Part shown: positions 25,623-37,600 of the stretch, piece after piece | Position numbering within the stretch: position 1 is the stretch's first letter | Layout of the letters: every line of letters starts with the position of its first letter | Assembly: GCA_024704765.1 (NCBI GenBank) | Contig: JAKMXF010000266.1 | Coordinates: forward strand, 510,914-574,913 | Direction: 5' to 3' | DNA length: 64,000 nt | Source of the DNA: Oopsacas minuta | Lineage: Eukaryota > Animalia > Porifera | The notes under the pieces: model-generated | What the model was told of the DNA's origin: nothing | What the model saw: only the letters and a program-made list of their open reading frames with translations | Databases searched by the model: none | Position numbers and translations under genes: made by a program

Positions 25623-26133
25623 TAGAAACTTTAAAAGTATTGCAATTCTCTAATGACACTAACCTGTTCAGTAATTACTAATTAGTACTGGCGTATACAC
25701 ACTTACATTGAACAAAAAATCGATCAAGATAAATTTTGAATTTTGTGCCCAGTTTCAAATGTCTTTATATAACGTAAATCTCGGAATAATCGCTATAGAT
25801 ATTGTCTTCACGGAAAATTATACCCAGGGGCTAGCGTGGTTGCTTCGTTGCTTTCATTTATTAATCTGATGTAATTACCTCAACCACGCCCCAACTATCT
25901 GCAGTAGAATCATTCAATACACACATATTACGTAACACATCATATAATTAAGAAATACATGATGTAGACCAAATCTTAATTAATTATCTAGAGGATCGTT
26001 AGATGCAATAATGAATATAAGAATACTAATAGCATACGTAGCGTAGATCGCTTTGACGGCAGTGAGGGTTAGCTGGTCAAGTAATTGGTTCTTTGGCTTG
26101 CAATATTTCTTCTGGGATTCAAATATTTTCTTT

Positions 26134-26505
26134 TTATTGCATTTTCTTGCTTATAGAATCAGATTGAATTTGTGTAGTAGATAGCATTGAATCTCCAATA
26201 GCTCTAGAAGCATATTCAGATAGTTTTTCAAAACACACAGCTCCACCTCCTTCCTTAAAACTTATACTGACCTTACCTTCTCCCACCCAGAGAGCTGATA
26301 TATAGCTAGCTCCAAATATTGGTTGATGAAATCGTATATTTTCCACTTTACGCAAGGATATATCTATTCTATCACCATTCACGAATTCAAAAGTTAGATT
26401 TGACAAGCCTAGAATTAATACAGCTTGAGATTTAATTGTACTAGAGCCAATTACTTCTAACAATACGCCAGATTGTGTTAACACAGATTTAGTCTGTTTA
26501 GCCAT
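26134..26505 (-). CDS. Small GRAM/PH-like domain protein (WBP2-like N-terminal domain)
   Basis: ISLRKVENIRFHQPIFGASYISA and VSISFKEGGGAVCF resemble the WBP2 GRAM motifs (..QPVFGANYI.G...K.TF..GGA..F). Further exons are not excluded. Confidence 0.55.
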   Translation of the reverse strand: MAKQTKSVLTQSGVLLEVIGSSTIKSQAVLILGLSNLTFEFVNGDRIDISLRKVENIRFHQPIFGASYISALWVGEGKVSISFKEGGGAVCFEKLSEYASRAIGDSMLSTTQIQSDSISKKMQ

Positions 26506-27147
26506 TCAGAGATGAACTCAAATATTACTATAAATTCAAAATTGTTATAATATAATCAGCTTTGAAGTTCCTTGAAGAGTTCCTTGAAGAGAACTAGGAA
26601 ATAATAGCAACTATTCGCCAATAAACACATCCTCAGAACATGAATGGCAGTGCTCAGATATCAGACAATTGTAGATAAATATATATGTACATCAGCCGAT
26701 GTATTCGTTTTATGTCCAGAGGCAAGCTGACTAAGGACCGAATTGCCAAAAAAATACTGGATAAATCAGTAAAACATTATCCAATGCTATGGCATTACGA
26801 TATATACCAACTGTTGATTATAATCATTTTTTGAGAATTATAAACACGTACGTGCTAACCAGAATTGAATTTATCGTAGGTTGCTGGTGATTATTTCATA
26901 AATTAATTCAGAATAATACCCAAGCATTGGATGACTGTTCAATCAAATATAATAATTACAGATAATTGATCAATAGAATATGAGATTTGACATTAATTAA
27001 CCCAACTGTTACACGAGTAATGTAGTTAGGATTCAATGGTCAATTTAATAATATTTCGGGTACATTGTTTTGAAAACAGACTATAGTTCCATATAACAAG
27101 CATCAGTATAATCTTTTGATTTGTAAAGATTCTGTTTTGGCATTTTA

Positions 27148-28386
27148 ATGTCCGATTCTGTGGATATAAATCAAACGCATAGCAGCGTATGCAATAATGT
27201 AAACTCAGTACAGAGTGAACGCGAATCAGTTGAAAGTGTATTAAGTTGCTTCAGTGAAATGGAGGATGTTGATTTTGAAGAGGTTTATAACCGATTGAGG
27301 TTAGATATACACGAAACGCTGGATGAAATCGTAGAGGAAAAGATGCAAGCGTTACATAAACGTATACAAGAGTTAGAACAAGAAAATCAAGTTCTTCTAG
27401 AATGCAAAAACACAAATGAACAAACTGTCCAGTCGTTATCAATTAGTAACAGCAAGTTAAAGTTCGAGGTATTAACGTTACAAGAAGTTCTGAGCAAACA
27501 GGTAAATGGAGAAAGCGATAATAACCACATTTCAGCAAATAATACTCGTACAGCTCGAGACATCAAACAATTGAAGATCAGGAGTAAAAGTACAAATTGG
27601 AACAATGACGAGAACAACCCGATAGAAAATGACAATTGCTTTACACAAGATAATACCAAAATTGGAAACAAAACAAAGATTTTACTGGAAAGAAGCAAAA
27701 TACTAAAACAAAATAGAACCAATTCATTTTCTGGCTTCTCTACATCAGAAACATCATCATTAGCAGACATGCCAGGTATTGTCAACAAGCATAAAATACT
27801 AGGTCGAACAGGGACAATACGAGGCTTCCAGAATACAGTAAAGAAGAAAGTAAGTTCATACAAACTGATCAATGATTCCTCTTTTCTATCCTCACAAGTG
27901 CAGAGAATTGTAGAATCTGAATTAGAAAATGAGGAAGATAATTTCCCAGGGAAGCTAGTCGTGTATACAACCAGTTCTATCTTGGTTCGGGAAATATTTG
28001 ATAATTGTAAGTTAGTGTTAGAAATTCTTACAAAGCATAAAGTTCAATTCGAGGAGAGAGACTTATTCATAAATCCAGGCTATGAATGCGAATTGAAAGA
28101 ACGTTTTCAAGACGGACAATGCAGTCTCCCTATCTTGTTTCTACGGGGTTATGTACTAGGAGACTGCAATAAAATGGTGCAATTGGATGAAGAAGGAGAA
28201 TTAATAGAACTACTCAAGGAATTTAAAAATGAATCTATAACAGAATGTCTACAGTGTAGAGGTAAGAGATTCACACAGTGCCTCTGGTGTCAGGGCAGTA
28301 AGAAAGGATTATTGAGTCTTAAGTGTAGTGTTTGTAACAAGAATGGTCTTCAACCTTGTTTTGAATGCAACAAACAAGAGAAGTAA
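27148..28386 (+). CDS. GRXCR: Glutaredoxin domain-containing cysteine-rich protein (GRXCR-like) with N-terminal coiled coil, intronless
   Basis: KLVVYTTS..VREIFDNC..V..IL..HKV.FEERD, LPILFL.G..LG, then four CxxC motifs (CLQC, CLWC, CSVC, C.EC). Confidence 0.85.
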   Translation: MSDSVDINQTHSSVCNNVNSVQSERESVESVLSCFSEMEDVDFEEVYNRLRLDIHETLDEIVEEKMQALHKRIQELEQENQVLLECKNTNEQTVQSLSISNSKLKFEVLTLQEVLSKQVNGESDNNHISANNTRTARDIKQLKIRSKSTNWNNDENNPIENDNCFTQDNTKIGNKTKILLERSKILKQNRTNSFSGFSTSETSSLADMPGIVNKHKILGRTGTIRGFQNTVKKKVSSYKLINDSSFLSSQVQRIVESELENEEDNFPGKLVVYTTSSILVREIFDNCKLVLEILTKHKVQFEERDLFINPGYECELKERFQDGQCSLPILFLRGYVLGDCNKMVQLDEEGELIELLKEFKNESITECLQCRGKRFTQCLWCQGSKKGLLSLKCSVCNKNGLQPCFECNKQEK

Positions 28387-28674
28387 AACATTAATATTAT
28401 ATTATTGAAAATTGAAAAGAAGCTAGACATTATATGTGTTGTTGTCAAAAATACAGCTGGAGAAATGTGTTATACCCTGAGTATATTAGAAGCCAATTTA
28501 TCGGTGCCTCTGGAACTAAGTTATAGAAATTTTACAAAGTGATCGATAATTGTATGAAATGTTAGAAAATTCGTATTAACCGTGTTCGTATAAATGATAG
28601 TCCATTCTAGTAACAAATATAATGCTATCAAAATGAATCAATTTTGCGGAGTATGAAAATATATACTGATTACG

Positions 28675-31600
28675 TCATACAACTAACAATGAACCTGTAC
28701 AACATGGACATGGCATATGTATACCATGATAATCCTGTATATTAGGTTCAAACACATCAATCCTATCTAAAAGCGTCATAATCTCTTGCTTTGTATCTTC
28801 TGCAGATAATCTAGTCAGAGAGGTATCTATATGCTGTACAGGGTATTTCTCAAGAACCTCTGATATTTCTGTCTCAGGGCTTTGGTAGTTTTCATCGTGT
28901 ATTGGTTTACTAAGAGATAAATGCTGTACCAACTGTCTGAGTCTAGATATATCTTCTTGCATGCTACGTTTTTCGACCTGAAGTTGATCTAACAAAACCT
29001 GTTTCTGTGAATACTGTATTTGTAGAGCTCTCCTCTGAGATTGGTATAGAGATACATACTCTCCTATAGTATCAGTCTCTCCTTCTAGTAGTGTAAGTAA
29101 CCTCTCTTTGTGCTGTAGTCTATCATCTAGATCTGCTTTCTGTCGCATAACTTGTACAAACCTTACCTGCAAGCTATCAAATGCTGTCTGTAGGGCTTGA
29201 GTAGCAGGGATTGGAGGGGAGTATGCTCTCTGTTCAAGCAGGATAGGTTTGTCTTCTCCACTTATTTGTATGTCTGTTTCACTTAGAGATCGAGTTAAGT
29301 TGTGTTTCAATACTCTAGGAGGATTTAATTGGGTTTGTATAGAATCTTGCTGTAATTCTCCTAGTTTATTATCAAGTTGATCTCTCTCTGTTAAGAGACG
29401 ATTTATATCTTGTTGTAAATCGTACTTTTCAACCTCTATTCTCTCTAAATGTGTTCCTAACTCCTTAGTTTCCTGTGCTAGTTCGCTGCTACGTAGTCTC
29501 TCCTGTCTGAGAGCCTCAGTCATAGATCTCTGATCAGCTAACTGTTCCTGAGAATCAAACAGGTCTTGTTCTGTTTTGCTAAGAGTTACTCGTGTGTTCT
29601 CTAAGATCTCAGTCAGTCGTACTCGCTCTCTCTCCAGAGAGACTAGTTTATCGTGTACCTAGTGAAGACAATGCAATAACATTGGTAATATACACCGGTT
29701 CATGCTAGTCTTAGAATAAGTGATCTCTATCTGAACTTATACATGTGTCAGTTAATCTCGAAAGAGAACAAATTGACATCCTTAGACTTGAATAAATTTC
29801 AAAGTAATCAATTATTCTATAAATTTCTCAACTTTTGTTATGGACCTAAAGTGCAGCTTTGTATGGTGAATAGTTCGCAAAATAGCGAAATCCGCGTATT
29901 AGCAAGGAAAATTCTTACAAAATACGATTTGCTATAGGCGGTTTCCACTGTAACTCATACTGTTTGATTCGAAACGAATTTTGGATCAGTGGAAGGTTTC
30001 ACGTCGTTTTGTGGTCACTCGAATATGATCGGGAATATTGTATCCCTAGTAACACAGGAATGTAGCAACATTCCATTCTCAAATTTTATCCTAACACTTC
30101 AAGTGACCCCTTGGCCGCTAGGTAAGCTGAGTATAGTTATGCAAATATCATCCCTCTAAATGATCTTTAAACACGATTTTACTAGTGTTAGCTCCGCAGT
30201 CCATCTATTTTCTTCAAATTTCTTACAGAGTACCCTACCAACATTCCAGGGTTCTAAGGATTATATGTATTAATTCTTCATTGAAATACGTATTACACAA
30301 CTTAAGTTTCATCTTGCCTCCCTTCAGGGGTCAAGATCCTCTCTGATCACAATGGAACAATTAAATGCATTATTCAATTATACCAACAGGAAGAACCAGC
30401 TGCTTCATGATATACGTATGTCATCAAATCTTGAAAGAAAACTAGAATATTTATTAACTATTCAACTCAAATACTTAGAAACTTGCTTCCTATATGCAAT
30501 TTATAGGAGGAAATAGTGAAATATTAACTTAACAATATATCTACCTTTTCCATGCTATTATCTCTCCTCTCCTCTCCAACTATCCGTCCTGCTTCTAAAC
30601 TAGCTCTCACAGCTTGTAACTCCTGTTCCTTCTCTCTCACTCTCTTCCTGTGTTCCTCTCCTTCTCTTACTCTTCTCTCTGTCTCTGCTTGCAGCAGTCT
30701 ACACTGCTCCTGCAGCTGTGAATACTGCTGTCTTGCATGTTCTGTATTCTGATCCATTCTCTCTTTTAGATTATGTATGTTAACCTCTGACCTAAATATT
30801 AATATTATGTCGTAAGTATGAGGTTTGTAATGCATGTTTAATCTTGCTCGAGCCACGCAACAAGTATTCAACAATAAGTATATTAATCTGTTGATAATGA
30901 ATATTAAAATAACAATACAATGGAAATATTTTGCACTTTTTCGAAATGATATTTAGTAGAATATATTTGAGAAAAGATAATAGGTTACCATGATACACAC
31001 TATATATGTCTGTAATCTGAACAGTACTGTTTCAATTGCAAAATAATTAGATATTTTGAACATTTTCCAAAAGTTATAAAATTTGGGATCTGTTCGGGTT
31101 AGCGAGGTTCGGATGAGTGAGGGTCTACTCACTCTACTGTATGCTACTTACATACATTAACGTATTCTCAATACCTCCTTTGTATCTGGAATTTAATCAT
31201 ATTTAGTAATTATAATGGGAAATATTCAATTCTAGAAATATAATATCTAGAATATGAGTGATTGAATATATTTGAATAAATTCATTAAAAGACAAATATT
31301 TGCTGTTATAGTCACGTCGTAACGACATTGCAGAATTCCTTCCAGAGTTACTCCTCCTCACTAACTGCATAACAAATGCTGTAAATGAGCTTACCAGATA
31401 ATAGCCATTCCCATAATGCCTTCTCATATAGTAAAATATTTTAGAAAATCAGCGTGCATTAATTAGCTTAGTCGTAATTACGGAATTAGTTATCACAGTA
31501 AATTATATTGTATACGAATAATAAATATTCTAAGGATAATTCAAGTAGAATTATGGGACAATGACTGACTAATGTACATAATACATCCTCTGACAAACTC

Positions 31601-34600
31601 AGTTCGTATTAAGTACATCTACATAATTAATTTATAGAGAACATAAAATTACAATAAAGAGGGTGAAGGAAGTTTGAGTTTATTTGTTAGACATGTAAGT
31701 ATGAGCTACTGCTGTAAGAGTAGAACTAATAAGGTGAGTGTCATTAGATTTGATTTGGAAGTGTTGAGTAAGACTTGGGTTTTTCCGATTAGTGAAGGCT
31801 ATGTCTAGCATAGAGTCAGTTGGTGTCCACTCCCGTATATCTTTTATGCAAATATCCGGAGTAAGACGAGACAAATCGCTTGATTTTACTAATACGACTG
31901 ATTCAGAGCTTATAACCAGATAGGCATCTTTCTTATGACCCGTAGTCCCACTAGTGCTTACACTGAATATAATAGCTCCGCTTAGAAAGTTGGATTGGAT
32001 AGTCTCTGTACACAGCTTCATGATATTCTCAACAGATTCGTGTTTGAGCTCTTCGAGTGTTTTCGCTATCTTAGTTTCTGCTAACTTGGTAACTGGTACT
32101 CCTCTGTGTATGAAGTCTCTCGGACTACTGTTGTAGCTTGTAGCAGTGTTCTGTATAGAATTGAGTGTGTGTAGACATGCGGCTACAACACAAGCAGTAT
32201 CTTCATTCTGAGGTATAGACCCTTGTACAGCAGGTAGCCATCTTTCTGCGAATAGAGTTTGTTCAGTCTTGGAGTTAAGGTATACTTGAAACATTTCTTT
32301 ATTGAACTTAGCATCAGATGGTGGGCTTATTATCAAAATGTGACAGGCGGTTACCTTCTGTTCAGCAAGGCTAAGGCTTTTTGATAGTCTATTATAATAA
32401 TTTGCAAAAGTTTTACTCTTCTTTGGATTAAGTAAATGTTTACTAGCCAACTTTTTGGGTTTGACACTTATCCTGGGACCGACTAGCAAATGGGACTGTA
32501 CGAATTCGTATCTATTATCGAAGAATTTTGAGTAGCGATTAATCATATCTTGTACAGGGATGTTTATATTGATAACATCTTTGAAGAATCCGTTTTGAAC
32601 TGAAGCGAATTGTATGTAGAATAGAACGTAGTTGTCTTTGATAGAAAGATAGTCGTTCTGAGATTGAATAGCGATTGGTAGCGAATATTCTGAGTGATCC
32701 TCTATATCCGCTAATCCATCGATTTCCAAAGCATCGTCACTCGTTTGGAATTGGTTATATGAACTTTTATTTGATTTTATTGACACTTTTTTAACTGAGT
32801 TCGATTCTGATTTTGTAAAGTCTCTTGTTAATATTGACATTTCTATTGAGATAGTGAGAATGGCGATAATATCTGAAGTTATATATTATATTGCTTATAG
32901 AATTATTCATATTTCCACTCATTTATATGTGATTTTGAGAATTTGCATATATCTGTTAGAAAAATAGGGGTTTCGGTGTTATTTGCACAGCTGAATTGCG
33001 GGGTAATATGCTCCCAAAATATTTAATATATTAAATAATGCAAACAACATAGATGTAGGTTGTAGGTGCATTAGTAACATGAATGTAATTATAATTTGGT
33101 GAAGATAAGTAAATAACTAAGATCATAGATCGTAGCTGGGGGGTAACTAGTGATCCTGGAGAGAGGAAGAAGGGGTGATTATTTGCCTCTATTGTGGGAT
33201 TATGATAGAATTTGAATGGGGAAGCGTCAAACGACGGGAAGCAATTGTCTCTAGTCTATCTCATTGCTATTTTAAATCATAATGAATATTTCATCAAAAT
33301 TGTGCTCATCAATAGCTGATAAAGAAATTTCATCAATATTATACAAATCAGAATACTACTTGCCAACCTTCCAAGGATTATCCAGGGATTTGATCTATGA
33401 TTCAGAGGGAAGATCGCTATTCCAGGGAAAAAGTTATAAGGTTGATAAGTATGAGTGCGTATGGCTAAAGTGAACCTAGATGATTCAAACATCAAGGACG
33501 TACACACAACGAGATAAGAAAAACAATGATTGTACTGGCGAACAATTTTAGCTTTTCAAATGGTGTGTAATTCTATAAGCACATTTATCATCATTTTAAG
33601 ATGAGAATTTGTATACAGTTCTATGTCAGGAAAATGCTCCAGGGGCCGATTATTGTGCCAAGATCAATTTCTAGCCTTACTCTTCACGATATTAGTTAAT
33701 TTGACTAAGTTAAATCATCAAATTACCTTATGCAGTATCTACGTCGTAGTAGACTGAAGAAATGTGACTAGCGAATCACGTAACAGCCATTACACACCAA
33801 TCAAACAATGCCATACTGCTACAATATTATACCTCACATATAAATAGATAGAATTTAATATAAATTGACAACAAATATTTCAAACAACAACCATCACAAA
33901 AGATGACTTCAGTTTATCCAAAAAGCAACGTAAAATCGAAACACATAAAAAAACAGGCAGCAAAACCAAAAGGGAAATATAACAAATTCGACTCCAGTAG
34001 TGATGATTTTGAACTTATAGGTCTCGAGGATATAGAAGATGCAGAATATTCGCTACCAATCGCTATTCAATCTCAGAACGACTATCTTTCTATCAAAGAC
34101 AACTACGTTCTATTCTACATACAATTCGCTTCAGTTCAAAACGGATTCTTCAAAGATGTTATCAATATAAACATCCCTGTACAAGATATGATTAATCGCT
34201 ACTCAAAATTCTTCGATAATAGATACGAATTCGAGCAATCCCATTTGCTAGTCGGTCCCAGGATAGGTGTCAACCAACATAAACTGACCAGTGGATACTC
34301 GTTAAGTCATAAGAAAGATAAAAGAAGAGGCCATCTCAAGGATAGACTATCAAAAAGCCTTAGCCTTGCTGAACAGAAGGTAACCGCCTGCCACATTTTG
34401 ATAATAAGCCCACCATCTGATGCTAAGTTCAATAAAGAAATGTTTCAAGTATACCTTAACTCCAAGACTGAACAAACTCTATTCGCAGAAAGATGGTTAC
34501 CTGCTGTACAAGGGTCTATACCTCAGAATGAAGATACTGCTTGTGTTGTAGCCGCATGTCTACACACACTCAATTCTATACAGAACACTGCTACAAGCTA

Positions 34601-37600
34601 CAACAGTAGTCCGAGAGACTTCATACATAGAGGAGTACCAGTTACCAAGTTAGCAGAAACTAAGATAGCGAAAACACTCGAAGAGCTCAAACACGAATCT
34701 GTTGAGAATATCATGAAGCTGTGTACAGAGACTATCCAATCCAACTTTCTAAGCGGAGCTATTATATTCAGTGTAAGCACTAGTGGGAATACGGGTCATA
34801 AGAAAGATGCCTATCTGGTTATAAGCTCTGAATCAGTCGTATTAGTAAAATCAAGCGATTTGTCTCGTCTTACTCCGGATATTTGCATAAAAGATATACG
34901 GAAGTGGACACCAACTGACTCTATGCTAGACATAGCCTTCACTAATCGGAAAAACCCAAGTCTTACTCAACACTTCCAAATCAAATCTAATGACACTCAC
35001 CTTATTAGTTCTACTCTTACAGCAGTAGCTCATACTTACATGTCTAACAAATAAACCCAAACTTCCTTTGGACAGTTTTTTAAGACATTTTGTACAATTG
35101 TGTGTATGCTAATCATGTACATTTAGTGTAAAGATTGATGTTATGTAGTTTGATTAAACCTTTCTAAACAATAAAATTAGAAATTTCTAACCATCAATCT
35201 AGGTTACAATATACAATCTTCAGCAAACCCATTATTGACTTCATGAATAGCGGGAGGGCAGCTAGCAATCTAGATTGCTGATTAGAAACTACCTTCGAAT
35301 TATAGCTCTATGTCGTATTGGAGAGTAAATGTAAATACTCATATAAGCCGTAAATAGTAGATAATATTAACAGTCGTAGCTTGATTATACACGACAAGCC
35401 TACATACACTAACTACTTTGCTGCTTATTATTGTTCAGGGTTGTGATTAATAATAATTTCAATCAATATTAAAATGATAGATGGTTATGAGAGAATATCT
35501 TAAAAAGATAACAATCATATTTATGGATTAAAGAAAATAGGAAACACAGATTGAATTTTTGTATTTCAATAAATAGTATCTTTGAAAATCCGATTGAGTG
35601 AACTTGTAGATTATTGATTGAATTGGATTGAATTTGGATTATTTGGGAACCATTCAAAGAGTCTATCAATAACTTTAATCAATAGAAAAGGGATAAATAC
35701 TAATAATTAACGGATAATATATATATCACAGAGAATTGCTCAATCAAGGTATTGTTATGCTAACGTCAGGTAAAATACTGTGAATCAGGGTCTATGTAGT
35801 TTGTTTTTGCTTTCTTATTGATTGGAATTTTCCTTCGTATTAGTTGATTATGCCTGCTAATTGTGGTTCTGTTTTCTTGCTATTTTACTGTGGAAAGAGC
35901 TTTATTTCGCATTTCGTAGTTGTTGATTTGTTGTTTCAAAGGTATAATTGGGTGAGATCATCCACCAGTAACCTGATGTCCTGGTTTCGAATCCCAATCA
36001 GGCCTTACGTTTTTCGACCGTATTTACCTGAAATCTGTCTAAGATGGATAGAATACCTGCTTTAAGCAATTCCCTGTGATTAAATCACTCAGCTATATAT
36101 ACAATACTCCGAGTTATTAAATGGTCGATATATAATCGATGATTTTATCGATTATCATTTGGATTGGCAACTCTCCATTTTCCGGAATACCAAATACACA
36201 TTCGTATACTTGTTTAGTCAAAACATAATCATGCTATACATATACAGAGCCCCGAAAAAATTCGCGAGAAATATTAAATAGTAATAAATTAGAGTTTAGA
36301 GTACCATAATTCAATGAATAAGCACCGGAGAGTAACTCAAGAAAAATACAGTATTAATATCGGATAAATTAATGAACATATATTACCTGTCCTTTTCTTG
36401 TATTGATTTCTCTAAATTTACAGTCATCTTATCGAGTTGAGATCTCAGCATATTATTCTCTTCATTAACAGCCAAAACCTTGTCTTCTGCGGCTTTTCTC
36501 GCCTTCTCATTCTTTCCCTCGACAGGATAAGATCTATCTACTAGAATAGCATCTTCTAACTGTCTGGAGAGAGTTAAGCACTCTGCTTGACTGCTAGTTA
36601 AGTTGTGATTAGCTGATTCCAATCTTAGAGGTAAATATAACAATAAAACGATAAATGCCTTTGACATTAGGTAACTTATAACTCCAGGGGAAATAAAATA
36701 TGTTGAAATAACGGATGCCCTTAATACCTTATTTAATGTTACCCAATCTCGAAAAAACCACAGCAATTTCAAATGGTTCATTTATCAAATAATCCATTAT
36801 ATTATGTATATTATTAACCATCCGAAGTTTAAGGAAGCATAATCTTACAAATTTGGTATCTCGATAGAGTTTTATCTTCTCACAGGGGTTAGAGATATCG
36901 GTTATTAACTGAATAAACTCTAAACTGTAAACTGTAAATACTAATTTTATGATAACATACAACAATCCATAAAACGGTTGTACAATTTTTAAGCAGGAAA
37001 TTGGATAATTCCTTCGTATAGTCAGCTGCGTTCAATATATCACTAAAATAAGCAAACTAAAAACCTTACCAAAAAAGCTAATAACATAAACTGATAAGAT
37101 GTTAATACTTCATAAACATGGGTATAGTTGCAGAAAAGAAATAATACTAGTATGTTCCAGGTTATCATTTCTAACCGCGTTGGTAAAGGTGCTCAGGTGA
37201 TTTTATCAAAAAATGCAAACAGTATGTATAATCACCCAAATATCCTTTTCTGTGCAATTACTGAGTAAAATCTCTATTACATATGAGACTAATAGTAAAA
37301 TATTTTGAAATTTAGAAGATCAAGAATTTTAGCGAAAACTGAAAACCCCAACTATTACGTTTGGGAATAAAATAGTTTTTGGCTTGTCAAGAAATATTAA
37401 ACAATAGGATAAATAAATAAATAAACCTTCGGGGGTATATAGTAAATTCCCGTTATAACGAAGTGATTCTTACCCCCTATAACTTGAAAGTAATGGCTTT
37501 TACTCAGAATTCAGCTTAAACGAAATGAAACCGGTAATTACTAGAGTTTACTGTAGTATATTATTTATTTATGCTAGTGACACAAACCTGGCTTGAAATT

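Noticed and set aside
22124-26505. Fusion of the GRAM-like ORF with UBE2Q
   Set aside because: UBE2Q has its own ATG exon (24517-24675) matching the family N-terminus, and no convincing donor links the GRAM ORF to it.
27251-27872. Antisense ORFs over real genes (e.g. 27387-27872, 8634-8960, 50308-50592, 58262-58618, 61958-62314, 31954-32136, 34598-34780)
   Set aside because: Shadow ORFs on the opposite strand of well-supported CDSs, with no independent motifs.
30200-33473. LPTFQG peptide shared by a short + strand frame at about 30230 and ORF 33282-33473
   Set aside because: Six-residue match only; both frames are short and I cannot assign a family.
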